The notes under the pieces are model-generated. The model saw only the letters and a list, made by a program, of their open reading frames with translations, did no database searches and was not told where the DNA came from. 64,000 nt of DNA from Candidatus Latescibacterota bacterium (GTDB lineage: Bacteria > Latescibacterota > UBA2968 > GCA-2709665): contig OZ242358.1 of assembly GCA_965208835.1 (NCBI GenBank), positions 4,960,001-5,024,000 on the forward strand, in the 5' to 3' direction. Position numbers and translations under genes: made by a program. This document shows positions 46,053 to 55,741 of this stretch, piece after piece. The number at the start of each line of letters is the position of its first letter. Position 1 is the first letter of the stretch.

Positions 46053-46297
46053 TGTTGCAGAAAGCGACTTGTGACGCAGACTGAGGCGCATTCCGCACCT
46101 TCTTATTCAGATTTTCTCATAAATGACTTTTAAACAACTATTTGTATCGATATGGGGCGCCGGAACACTCGGCACGGAACATCCCAAGGGTCGCAATCTG
46201 CAACACTGCCGCGAGCCTACACCTGATTATCGATAAACTTAACCCATTGATATTAAGGCAATTGACTCCAAATCCCGGATTCGGCACGGATTTTGTA
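46053..46297 (+). promoter_or_regulatory. Candidate sigma54-type regulatory region (UAS pair, IHF site, -24/-12 variant)
   Basis: Inverted boxes tgttgcagaaagcgac (46053) and gtcgcaatctgcaaca (46190). IHF match TATCAATGGGTTA on the minus strand (46240-46252). TCGGCACGGATTTTGTA (46281) is GG-N10-GT. Confidence 0.5.
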
Positions 46298-46514
46298 TGT
46301 ATTCAAGAACCCTCGTTCTGACAATAGGGCATGCGGTGTCTCTCCCGGAGTTCCGGAAACGCCCATCAACGACCCTCTCGACGAGCTCGCGGTTCGGAGC
46401 GTCACGCCGGCGACGGACGTGCGATGGAACCCTCATCGGGGCTCCTGCAAAAGACACACTTTTACGCTTCACCCATCGTGACCATCAGGACCCGAAGATC
46501 ATGGGAGGGAAACC

Positions 46515-47219
46515 ATGCGGTCTTCCGGCAACGGACTCGCCCACCAGATTGCAAAGCTGTTCAAAGAGCTGGTCGAACAGGAACTGAAGAGCATCGAACG
46601 GGCTATCGAAACGCAAAGGCGGGAGCTGCACAGAAAAATCAGCGCGAGGGAAACGGAATTGAGAGATGACGGCGGCCTGGATGCCCTGTTTGAGAATTAC
46701 AAAGCCGGCCTGTCCAAAACGGAGCGGCCGGAGAGCCGGGTACAGGAACGCCGCCTGTATTACAATTGGGAAGGGCGACTCAGGTCGGAACTGGGCAGTT
46801 GGAGAATGGAACTGGCTGAATTGGAAGATCGCATCAGTGACCCGCAGGCAGTACTGACAAGCGCGCGCAGGAAGGTCATGCGGCTGTTGCTGCGCGAGAC
46901 GCTGGTTGTGGTGAATCCGGGTTACAACAATAGACCGTCATCCCAAGACGAGGTGTGTGATACCCTCAAGGACTGCGTGATTCCGGTTATTCGACAAATG
47001 AGAAAAGGGAAGAGCCATTCGGAGGCCTTCCGGGTGGTTGCCGAAGAACTGGGTATCCGCAAAACAGCGGTTGCGTCCAGGTGTACAAGAGGCCTGGACC
47101 TTACTACGGAACAGTTTGTAAATCATGTTTCGAACGGCCGAATCGTTCAAGTTGTGAAGGAGAAATTCCCCGAGCAGATGCAACTGATCCGCCGTGAGTT
47201 GGCATCGCTCTATCCGTAG
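46515..47219 (+). CDS. Hypothetical protein, coiled-coil N-terminus and possible C-terminal helix-turn-helix
   Basis: GGAGGG RBS, heptad-rich first half, and SHSEAFRVVAEELGIRKTAVASRC resembling an HTH. Confidence 0.65.
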   Translation: MRSSGNGLAHQIAKLFKELVEQELKSIERAIETQRRELHRKISARETELRDDGGLDALFENYKAGLSKTERPESRVQERRLYYNWEGRLRSELGSWRMELAELEDRISDPQAVLTSARRKVMRLLLRETLVVVNPGYNNRPSSQDEVCDTLKDCVIPVIRQMRKGKSHSEAFRVVAEELGIRKTAVASRCTRGLDLTTEQFVNHVSNGRIVQVVKEKFPEQMQLIRRELASLYP

Positions 47220-47270
47220 TACTTGTCGATCTGTACGGGACTCGAATAGCCCGCGGCCCCGGGGCCCGTT

Positions 47271-48671
47271 CTATTTCTTAAGGGCCTCCAACCCGAACCT
47301 CTCGGTGGTGTCAAGGGTCTCCCTGACGTCTTCCCAGCTGGTGTTGTGGTTGATGATACACAGCCTGAGCGAAAACGTCCCGTGTAGCGTCGTCGAAGAA
47401 AACAACGCCCGATCTTCCCAGAACACGCGCGCAAGCACTTTCCTGTTGATTTCTTCCAGGGATGCCTCATCCAGTCCCGCGCCGCCGGGATTCACACGAA
47501 AACAAACCACACTCAGCGACACGGGCGTCACGAGTTCCAGGTTCGTATTTTTCTCCACGTACTCCCCGGCACGGCTGGCAAGTTCCATCCCCTTCGACAC
47601 GGCACGCCTGAACGCCGCCATCCCAAAGGTCTGTACCGACATCCAGATCTTCAGCGCGCGCATGGACCGGCTCAACTGCAGGCCCCGGTCCGCGATGTTG
47701 GGATGGTTCGTGCCCCACACGGTATCCTGCAGGACATCCGGGTGCACGGCGAATGCGCGATCGAGGGCGCCGGCGTCCTTCACCAGGAGGCATCCCGCCT
47801 CATACGGCTGGAAGAACCACTTGTGGGCGTCCAGACCGACCGAGTCGGCCCGCGCGATCCCCTTCAGGAGAGGCTTGCCCTGTTCGGTAACTGCCGCAAA
47901 ACCGCCGTACGCCGCATCCACATGCAGCCAGATACCTTCCGCCTCGCAGTAATCTGCCATCTCCTCCAGGGGGTCTATCGCCCCGGTGCTGCTTGTTCCG
48001 GCGTTCGCGCAAACCGCTATCGGGTTGAAGCCCGCCGCACGGTCCTCGGCCACCGACCTCACCAGGTGTTCCATATTCAGCCGGAACCGCTCGTCACTGG
48101 GAATGATGCGAATGCACTCCGGCCGGACGCCCACGACCCTGGCCGCGCGGACGTGGGCGCTGTGGCTCTGGTCGCTCATATACACGGTCGGCCGGTCCGG
48201 ATGTCCGGCTGCTTCACGCGCCGCCACGAACGCGTCCAGGCTGGCTGCCGAACCGCCGCTGGTGAGCAGGCCGCCGGCACTTTCCGGATAGCCGATCCAG
48301 TTTCGCAGCCAGTCAATAACCACCAGTTCAAGCTGGCTCGGACCGCTGGCAACCAGCCAGGTGCAGACGTTGTTGTTGTACCCCGCCGCCAGAAAGTCGG
48401 CAAGCACGCCCGGCCAGGTGGTGGACGACGGGATGAATCCGAAGCACCGCGGATGATCAAGCCGGGCCGCTAAGGGAAGGATATCCTTCGAGGCCTGCTC
48501 CATCACCTCCTCCGCGGGGCGTCCATCCTCGGGCGGCGGCGCCATCAGACGGTCATTCAGTTCCTGCCGGAACTCACCGTCCCACGCGCCTTCCGCAGGC
48601 AGGTCTTCGGATCGCGCAACCAGGAGTTCAGCGGCTTTGCGCGCCAGGTCGATCATCGCCTCAGACGACAT
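47271..48671 (-). CDS. Group II PLP-dependent decarboxylase (aromatic-L-amino-acid decarboxylase-like)
   Basis: HPRCFGFIP, TSGGSAAS, SDQSHS, AGTSSTGAIDP, HVDAAYGG and DAHKW (PLP lysine). The start is uncertain (ORF open to 48836). Confidence 0.9.
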   Translation of the reverse strand: MSSEAMIDLARKAAELLVARSEDLPAEGAWDGEFRQELNDRLMAPPPEDGRPAEEVMEQASKDILPLAARLDHPRCFGFIPSSTTWPGVLADFLAAGYNNNVCTWLVASGPSQLELVVIDWLRNWIGYPESAGGLLTSGGSAASLDAFVAAREAAGHPDRPTVYMSDQSHSAHVRAARVVGVRPECIRIIPSDERFRLNMEHLVRSVAEDRAAGFNPIAVCANAGTSSTGAIDPLEEMADYCEAEGIWLHVDAAYGGFAAVTEQGKPLLKGIARADSVGLDAHKWFFQPYEAGCLLVKDAGALDRAFAVHPDVLQDTVWGTNHPNIADRGLQLSRSMRALKIWMSVQTFGMAAFRRAVSKGMELASRAGEYVEKNTNLELVTPVSLSVVCFRVNPGGAGLDEASLEEINRKVLARVFWEDRALFSSTTLHGTFSLRLCIINHNTSWEDVRETLDTTERFGLEALKK

Positions 48672-48867
48672 CTGAAGATCGCCGCGCACACCGTGGTTCT
48701 TTTTCTTATCAGATTTTATAGCGCCGTCTCGTTGTTCATCGTTAACTCTCGGGGATTTCGCCTTTATTGTGGTCTTCTCCTCTATTCCGTGACGACAGGC
48801 TGCAATTCCGATGTTCAAGTCTAAAGGTGCGGACAATTTCCGGAAACGTCAAGCACCTTACCGACGC

Positions 48868-50388
48868 TTATTCGAAAACAGCCAACTCACCGTCCCTGAC
48901 GATCAACACAACCGGGTCGTAAGCCGCGTCCCCGCTGGCGTCGAAAGAAAACGCGCCCAGGACCGTAACCAGATCCCGCGTACCCGCCATCGCGTCACGA
49001 ATCTCGCCCGCGTCCGTCGACCATGCCCCGCCAATGGCCTCCACGAGAATGTAGAGGGCGGCGTACGATTGCGCCGCCCAGGTGTTGGGTTCGGAATCGT
49101 ATCTCTCAAGATAATTCGCGACAAAGGTCTCGTTGCCGGGCGTGTCAGCCGCGCCCGACCAGCTGAGAAATGAAATCGCGCCTTCCGCGGCGTCACCCGC
49201 AGTTTCGACTTCCGCCGCGGTCATTACCGGAACCAGGAATGGAATATTCGAGCCGATGCCGGCCTCGCGGGCCTGTATCAGTATCCTGGATTGTTCGGCG
49301 CCCAGGGCCGAGACAAAGACGGCATGCGGATTCAGCGCCTTGATACGCGTCAACTGTTCGGTAAACGTGGTATCGCCGGTGCTAATCGTCTCTCTCGTCA
49401 GGATTTCAACGTCAATCTCGTCCAGCGTTTTCCTGATCGTCTCGTCACTGCTGCTTGAAAAGACGTCGGTTTCGTCGACAATCGTCGCCACTCTCCGATA
49501 CCTCAGCTTTTCCTGCGTCCTCCTGACCGGACCCGGGATCAGCGCATTGACGTTCAGGCCGGAACGGAAAATGTAATCGCCGATCTCGCTCAGGCCGGCC
49601 GCCGTCGAGGTCGAACTGAACGCAACGACCTCTTTTTGTTGCGCGATCGGGAACGCCTCCCTCGCCGCGGTCGAGATAACCGGCCCGAGTATAACGGACA
49701 CGCCGTCCTGGTCGATCAGTTTGTTGAATGCGTCAACGGCGCCTTCGGCTGTACCCCTGGAGTCTTCGACAAGGAAGTTGATGCCGGCGCCGCCGAGTTT
49801 CGATGCGTTGGCAATCTCATCCCGGGCGAGTTCAAAGCCTTCTTTCGCGGGAAATCCGTAACGGGTCTGCGGTCCCGTCAGCGGCAGAACGACGCCGATG
49901 GCAATCTCCGCGGGGAGACCGCCCGGCGCCAACTTGATCGTACCCGCCGTACTCGCCCTGCCGCCCACCACCAATTCGACGGTCGTTTCAAATCCGCCGT
50001 TGACCGGAATGCTCGACCACGATCCCAGCATACTCCCGCCGCGCATCGCGCGCGCACGATAGTAACCGGTTACTCCGACCTCTGCGATCTCAATCCTCGC
50101 CTGACCGCGCGCGTTGGTCGTACGCGACCATTTGTATTCCGCCGCCCGCCCTGAAACGGATCTTCCGATTTCGACGGTAACGCCGCTGACGGGTTTTTGA
50201 CCCTGCATCACGCGAGCGTTCAAGACCGCCAGGTTCTGGCCCGCGCCCAGGGCCAGTTTACCTGGTGGCTTTACAACCCGGTCTTCGCCCTCCGGCGCGA
50301 GCGACGGTGTCCTGCTCTCGTTGCCGCAGCCCCACATCGCACCAGTCGCCAGCGCGACAAGGATGGCTCCGCGTATCCAGGTGTACAT
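48868..50388 (-). CDS. Lipoprotein: beta-rich N-module plus LivJ-type substrate-binding domain (subtype A, A4)
   Basis: Lipobox-like AMWGC, module SGVTVEIGRSVSGR...GYYRARAM...GSWSSIPVN, then IGVVLPLTGP, DYIFRSG and FDASGD. Confidence 0.88.
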   Translation of the reverse strand: MYTWIRGAILVALATGAMWGCGNESRTPSLAPEGEDRVVKPPGKLALGAGQNLAVLNARVMQGQKPVSGVTVEIGRSVSGRAAEYKWSRTTNARGQARIEIAEVGVTGYYRARAMRGGSMLGSWSSIPVNGGFETTVELVVGGRASTAGTIKLAPGGLPAEIAIGVVLPLTGPQTRYGFPAKEGFELARDEIANASKLGGAGINFLVEDSRGTAEGAVDAFNKLIDQDGVSVILGPVISTAAREAFPIAQQKEVVAFSSTSTAAGLSEIGDYIFRSGLNVNALIPGPVRRTQEKLRYRRVATIVDETDVFSSSSDETIRKTLDEIDVEILTRETISTGDTTFTEQLTRIKALNPHAVFVSALGAEQSRILIQAREAGIGSNIPFLVPVMTAAEVETAGDAAEGAISFLSWSGAADTPGNETFVANYLERYDSEPNTWAAQSYAALYILVEAIGGAWSTDAGEIRDAMAGTRDLVTVLGAFSFDASGDAAYDPVVLIVRDGELAVFE

Positions 50389-50410
50389 AAAATATCCTCA
50401 AGTCAGACCG

Positions 50411-52021
50411 TTACGGCACGAACCGATAGACCACGGGCAATTGCGAGGGATCGGTGACGCTCGTGTCGGTGTGGTGGTAGATGTTGATTCGTCCGGTGCC
50501 GCAGTCGCCGAATTCGTCGCAGTCGAGCGTGCCGACGAGAGCCTCGAAACCGGACGTCGCGTGGAGTTTCCGGCGCAGCGCGTTGCGGTCCACGATCAGC
50601 TTGCCGTCCCTTGAAATCGCCACGGACTCGATGGCGCTGAGCAGCAGCGTTGTGGCGTCGTAGGAATGCGCCCAGTACGGGGTGCCCGGAAACCCGCCGT
50701 AGGCCGCGTCATATGCGGCCAGTGCCTCGTCCGCGCTCTTGCCGGTTACCGCATTCACATTCGTGCCGAGATCCGCCTCCGGTCCGGCGGCGTACACGCC
50801 TTCTGACTGCGGCGTGGCGAGAAACTCCGAGTCGAGCAAGGCTGCGCCGGCGATGAGCGTCACGCCCTCAAGACCGTCGAACTCCCGCGCCTGCTTCGCG
50901 AAAGGCAATCCTTCCTCGTCGAAGAGCGGGAAAAAGATGCCGTCCGGCCCCGCTTCCGCGAATTCCGACAGGACGGTCGTCATGTCCGTTTGCCCTTTGT
51001 CTATCCGTGCGCTGACGGGTACCTCGCCGCCCACTGCGGCGAACGCATCGCCGAACGCGCTCACGAGGGCCGTGGTATAGGCGTCTCCGTCGTCGACGGC
51101 CACCATGCGCCGCAGGCCAAGTTCGTTGTGTGCGAAATCCGCGACGGCCCGCGCCTGGTAGAGGTCGTTGATCGCAAGGCGGAAGTAACCGGAGTGATAG
51201 TCGGAGCTCGCGTTGCCCGCCAGGTCGGACGTCAATCTCGGTGACGTATTGGATGGCGAGATCATCACCAGTCCGGCCGCGCTGATGACCGGTGAGGCCG
51301 CCACCGCCGCGCCGGAGCATGAAGTTCCGATGACGCCAAGCACACGCGTATCCGAGACAATCTGCTCCGCGCCCGCCCGTCCGCCTTCCGGCCCGCACAG
51401 GCCGTCAATTGGATCGCCGAGTTCGACGTCGCGGCCCTGGACGGTTCCGTAGTCCTGGACGGCCAGCTCAACGGCATTGCGCGACGGAATGCCAAGCGAT
51501 GCCGAGATCGTATGGGTGAGCAGCGATCGGATGTGCAAGGCCTGGCCCTCGCCGAACGCAACCAGGGCCCGTTCATACGCACCCGTTACGCGCGCCTTGT
51601 CTCCAACAGGCAAATCGACTGTCGTCTCATATCCACCAGTAATCGGTATACTGGACCACGATCCCAGCGAGCTTCCGTCCTGCATCGCCCGGGCCCGGTA
51701 GTACCCTCCCGACCCGCCGACCTCCACCCGCGCCACGCCGTTCGCATCGGTCGTTCCCGATGCCTCGTAGTTGGCCGGGCGCCCGGAAATGGAACGTGCG
51801 ATTTCCACGGTGACCCCGCTTACCGGATTCGCACCTTGCATCACGCGGGCTACGACCAGGGCGGGTGCGGCGTCTCCACCGACAGCCAGTTTACCCAATG
51901 GCTGACCGTTTCGAACCTCCCCCTCGGGTACCTGCGACGTCGTCAGGCGTTCGCGCCCGCAACCCCAGGTTACAACTGCGACAAGCGCGAACAGAAACAA
52001 ACTGCGAACACGGGTTGACAT
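50411..52021 (-). CDS. Lipoprotein: beta-rich N-module plus LivJ-type domain (subtype B, B2)
   Basis: VTWGC, same N-module, IGTSCSG, SPSNTSP and LDCDEFGDCG. The start follows a GGAGGGG RBS. Confidence 0.88.
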   Translation of the reverse strand: MSTRVRSLFLFALVAVVTWGCGRERLTTSQVPEGEVRNGQPLGKLAVGGDAAPALVVARVMQGANPVSGVTVEIARSISGRPANYEASGTTDANGVARVEVGGSGGYYRARAMQDGSSLGSWSSIPITGGYETTVDLPVGDKARVTGAYERALVAFGEGQALHIRSLLTHTISASLGIPSRNAVELAVQDYGTVQGRDVELGDPIDGLCGPEGGRAGAEQIVSDTRVLGVIGTSCSGAAVAASPVISAAGLVMISPSNTSPRLTSDLAGNASSDYHSGYFRLAINDLYQARAVADFAHNELGLRRMVAVDDGDAYTTALVSAFGDAFAAVGGEVPVSARIDKGQTDMTTVLSEFAEAGPDGIFFPLFDEEGLPFAKQAREFDGLEGVTLIAGAALLDSEFLATPQSEGVYAAGPEADLGTNVNAVTGKSADEALAAYDAAYGGFPGTPYWAHSYDATTLLLSAIESVAISRDGKLIVDRNALRRKLHATSGFEALVGTLDCDEFGDCGTGRINIYHHTDTSVTDPSQLPVVYRFVP

Positions 52022-52155
52022 GGCAATCCCCTCCATTTTAGGATTTAACCGGGAAATGAACCCATAGAGTCAGTCAGATGCCTCGGGAACCGGCGTGTGA
52101 TACAGGAATGAAACCGACTAAGCGAAAACGGACACCGGAAGTTGCAGATGCAAGA

Positions 52156-53667
52156 TCACTCGAAAATCTCGAATTTGCCACCCCGTGCGATCAGCACGAC
52201 GGGATCGTATACCGCGTCACCGTCGGCGTTGAAAGTAAACTGGCCCAGGATTGTTTCCAAATCCTGGATTCCCGCCATCGCGTCTCGAATTGCGCTCGCG
52301 TCGGCCGAACCGGCAGTCGCGATCGCTTCCGCGAGAATATGTAGTGCGGCATACGACTGCGCCGACCGGCGACTGGCGTCAATATCGTATTTCGCCTCGA
52401 AATCCTCCACGAAGGCCTGGTTTCCCGGTGTGGCGGCCAGTCTGGTCCATCCTGTAAAGGTAATTACGCCCTCAGCGGCTGCGCCCGCGGCTCGTAGTTC
52501 GTTCAGGGTCGTCTCAAGAGTAATAAAGGGAACACCGGAGGGAACGCCTAGCCGACGGCCCTGGATCAGAATCGCAGACTGTTCTGCTGACAGGGCCGAG
52601 ACGAAGACAGCATCCGGATTCAACGCCTTAATCCGGGTCAACTGATCGGCGAAGGTGGTATCGCCGGTCTCAAAAGTCTCCCTGGCAAGGATCTCGACTC
52701 CGTTTTCAATGAGCGCGCTGCTCAATGTCTCGTCGCTGCTCCGGGAGAAGACATCGATCCGATCATAAATCGCAGCTACCCTCTGATAACCGAGCTTCTC
52801 CCGGGTCTGCCGGACACCGGCAGGCACGAGGACGTCCACGCTGAGCGCAACACGGAAAATAAAGTCGCCGATAGCGCTCAGGCCGGAGGCGCTCGATGTC
52901 GAACTGAACGCCACCACCTGATTCCGTTGCGCGATCGGGAAAACCTCTTTGGCCTCGGTTGAGAGGGTGGGACCGAGAATGGCGGGCACGCCGTCCTGAT
53001 GAATGAGTTTATTGAACGCTTCAACTGCGCCCTCTGCCGATCTTCGCGAATCCTCGATAATGAACGCAATGCTCGCCTCGCCGAGTTTCGATGAGCGGTT
53101 GATCTCGTCGCGGGCGAGCTCAAAGCCGTTCTTCATCTCCAGTCCGCGCGGGGTGGTCAGGGGCAGAACGACGCCAATCGCAATTTCACCTCGGAGACCC
53201 CCTGATGTCGGAAGGGATGAACCGGTCACGCGCGCGGTTCCCCCGACGGGCAAGTCAACCGTCACTTCATACCCGTCATTTATTGGAATACTCGACCACT
53301 TCCCCAACACATGACCGTCCCGCATGGCCCGGGCCCGATAGTATCCGCTCACCCGGTCCCCCCCGATCTCTACCCGCACCTGGCCATCCTCGTCGGTTGT
53401 GCCCGACCATTCGTAACGGACCGCCCGTCCTGAAACTGAACGCGCGAACTCGACGGTGACGCCGCTTACCGGATTCTCATCCTGCATGACCCGGGCCACA
53501 ACCTGAGCGGCCTGGGATTCTCCACTGCCAGCCAGTTTTCCCAATGGCTGGCCGGTCTGATGGTCAGCCTCCAATACCCGCGAGGTCGTCAGGCGTTCAT
53601 CCCCGCAACCCCAGGTTGCGGCAGCGACAAGCGCGAACAGCAACAAACTGCGAACACTGGCTGACAC
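52156..53667 (-). CDS. Lipoprotein: beta-rich N-module plus LivJ-type domain (subtype A, A3)
   Basis: GTG start after GAAGGGGA, ATWGC, same N-module, IGVVLPLT and NADGDAVYDPVVL. Confidence 0.88.
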   Translation of the reverse strand: MSASVRSLLLFALVAAATWGCGDERLTTSRVLEADHQTGQPLGKLAGSGESQAAQVVARVMQDENPVSGVTVEFARSVSGRAVRYEWSGTTDEDGQVRVEIGGDRVSGYYRARAMRDGHVLGKWSSIPINDGYEVTVDLPVGGTARVTGSSLPTSGGLRGEIAIGVVLPLTTPRGLEMKNGFELARDEINRSSKLGEASIAFIIEDSRRSAEGAVEAFNKLIHQDGVPAILGPTLSTEAKEVFPIAQRNQVVAFSSTSSASGLSAIGDFIFRVALSVDVLVPAGVRQTREKLGYQRVAAIYDRIDVFSRSSDETLSSALIENGVEILARETFETGDTTFADQLTRIKALNPDAVFVSALSAEQSAILIQGRRLGVPSGVPFITLETTLNELRAAGAAAEGVITFTGWTRLAATPGNQAFVEDFEAKYDIDASRRSAQSYAALHILAEAIATAGSADASAIRDAMAGIQDLETILGQFTFNADGDAVYDPVVLIARGGKFEIFE

Positions 53668-53802
53668 TGCAATCCCCTTCGGCTTGAACTCTACCTGTGA
53701 GATGAACTGGCTTGAATGGCTAATCCCTTTGTGTACGGGTAATCGAAACCTACAGGAGCCGTCTTCCCGGGGCATCCGTGATGGTATACAGGATACGCGC
53801 GA

Positions 53803-55326
53803 TCACTCGAAAATCTCGAATTTGCCACCCCGCGCGATCAGCACAACGGGATCGTATACCGCGTCACCGTCGGCGTTGAACGAGAACTTGCCCAGAATCG
53901 TATCCAGATCCCTGATGTCGGCCAATTCGTTTCGAATCGCGTTCGCATCGGTCGAACCTGCGTTTGCGATCGCTTCAGACAAGATGTGCAAAGCCGCAAA
54001 GGACTGCGCGGCCCAGTGGTTGGGATCGGACCCGAATTCCGCCGTGTAGTTCTCGACGAACTCCTGGTTACCTGGCGTCGTTGCCGTTCGGACCCAGCCT
54101 GTAAAGGTGATCGCGCCCTCCGCGGCTTCACCAGCGGCCTGCACTTCGTCTATCGTCAGTTCCGGAACAATATACGGCACATTGGATGGTATGCCGAGCT
54201 GTCGTCCCTCAACCATGATCCGAACCCTGTCGGCCGGCGATATCACCGAGACGAATATGGCGTCCGGGTTCAGCGCCTGGATGCGGGTCAACTGTTCGAC
54301 AAATGTGGAATCGCTCGTTTCAATCGTCTCCCTTGCCAGAATCTCGGCGTTCGCACCGGTCAGTGCGCTCCTCAGCGCCTCGTCGCTGGCCCGCGCAAAG
54401 AAATCGCTCTCATCCACCATCGTCGCCACCCGGCGATAGCCCAGTTTATCCATCGTCTTTTCAACGCCGCCGGGTACGAGTACGCCCAGACTGAGGCCGG
54501 CGCGGAAAATGTAGTCGCCGATAGCGCTCAGACCGGGGGCAACCGACGTTGAACTGAAGGCGACCACCTGGCTCTGCTGCGCGACGGGGAACGCCGCCAC
54601 GGCCCCGGTGGAAAGCGCCGGGCCGAGAATCACCGGTACTCCGTCCTGACGAATCAGCTTGTGGAACGCTTCAACCGCGCCTTCCGCGGTGCCCCGGGAG
54701 TTCCCGACAATGAAAGAGATGGACGCTCCGCCCAGCCGGGATGAACCGTTGATCTCCGCGCGGGCAAGTTCAAAGCCATTCATAATCGGCTGACTGAAGG
54801 GACGCTGCGTTTCTTCCCAGGGCAGCACCAGTCCGATCAGAATCTGCTCGGGAAGGCCTCCCGGCGTCAATCTTAATGAACCGGTCACACGGGACTTTTC
54901 ACCGATCGGCAATTCAACCGTGGATTCGTATCCCGCGTTGACGGGAATGCTGGACCAGGAACCCAGTGCGGTCCCACCATGCATGGCCCGCGCCCTATAA
55001 TAACCGCTCACCCGGTTTCCCGCAATCTCGACGCGTGTGCGCCCACGCGCATCCGTCTCTCCGGACCACGCAAAATCCGCCGCCCGTCCGGAGACGGATC
55101 GAGCGAAATCGACGGTGACGCCGCTCAGTGGCGCCTGGTCCCGGCGAACGCGAACGATGACCGAGGCGTGAGTCATGCTTTCGTCTGCAGCGAGTTTGCC
55201 CGCCCCGCGCCCAACATCGTCCTCTGCTTCCGGAAGCTGCGACGTTGTCAGGCGGTCGCCGCCGCAGCTCCAGGCCACGCCAGCGATAAGTGTAAATGCC
55301 AGCGCGCCTCCGAAATTGTTGAACAA
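53803..55326 (-). CDS. Lipoprotein: beta-rich N-module plus LivJ-type domain (subtype A, A2)
   Basis: TTG start after AGGAGG, VAWSC, same N-module. The C-terminal peptide is identical to that of A3. Confidence 0.88.
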   Translation of the reverse strand: MFNNFGGALAFTLIAGVAWSCGGDRLTTSQLPEAEDDVGRGAGKLAADESMTHASVIVRVRRDQAPLSGVTVDFARSVSGRAADFAWSGETDARGRTRVEIAGNRVSGYYRARAMHGGTALGSWSSIPVNAGYESTVELPIGEKSRVTGSLRLTPGGLPEQILIGLVLPWEETQRPFSQPIMNGFELARAEINGSSRLGGASISFIVGNSRGTAEGAVEAFHKLIRQDGVPVILGPALSTGAVAAFPVAQQSQVVAFSSTSVAPGLSAIGDYIFRAGLSLGVLVPGGVEKTMDKLGYRRVATMVDESDFFARASDEALRSALTGANAEILARETIETSDSTFVEQLTRIQALNPDAIFVSVISPADRVRIMVEGRQLGIPSNVPYIVPELTIDEVQAAGEAAEGAITFTGWVRTATTPGNQEFVENYTAEFGSDPNHWAAQSFAALHILSEAIANAGSTDANAIRNELADIRDLDTILGKFSFNADGDAVYDPVVLIARGGKFEIFE

Positions 55327-55363
55327 ACCGAACCTCCTTGTGTTCTGTCCCAATAATGCCTCA

Positions 55364-55500
55364 CCATTCTCCCGCCGATTCATCCCGTCTCGCTGCCTTG
55401 CTTGTGCCGCCTGTGCCGAGCCGGCCGAAGCAAGTTTGCCTGCATTGCCTGCGCCGTCTGCACTGAGCATGTCGAAGTGCGCTTGTCGAAATGTCGAAGC
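55364..55500. repeat. REP-like remnant related to 433-613
   Basis: The reverse complement of 55364-55382 (tgaatcggcgggagaatgg) is identical to 595-613. Also contains ctgagcatgtcgaag and gcttgtcgaa units. Confidence 0.6.
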
Positions 55501-55741
55501 GCTTTCGCTCACCTTCATTGAAAGCGCAAAATGACAGGCAGCCCTCACTGCCTGTCATTTCAGGTAGTCCCAACCAGTCGTTGCGGAAAATCCCGACCGG
55601 TGAACCGTACGCTCGCCTGGGAAACCGGAGTAGACCGTCGCCGGAAATCGATGTTTTTCGTTTCTTAAACAACGTTCAGATTTGCATTGAATGAGTTCGA
55701 ACCCCGAATACGGTTCCTCCTCCCGACTGCCGGCCGGCGCA

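Noticed and set aside
46168-46185. Second -24 box (tcggcacggaacatccc)
   Set aside because: There is no -12 element at the required spacing.
55327-55548. N-terminal extension of lipoprotein A2 in the ORF track
   Set aside because: It reads through REP-like sequence. A TTG start with an AGGAGG RBS at 55326 gives a signal peptide matching the paralogs.
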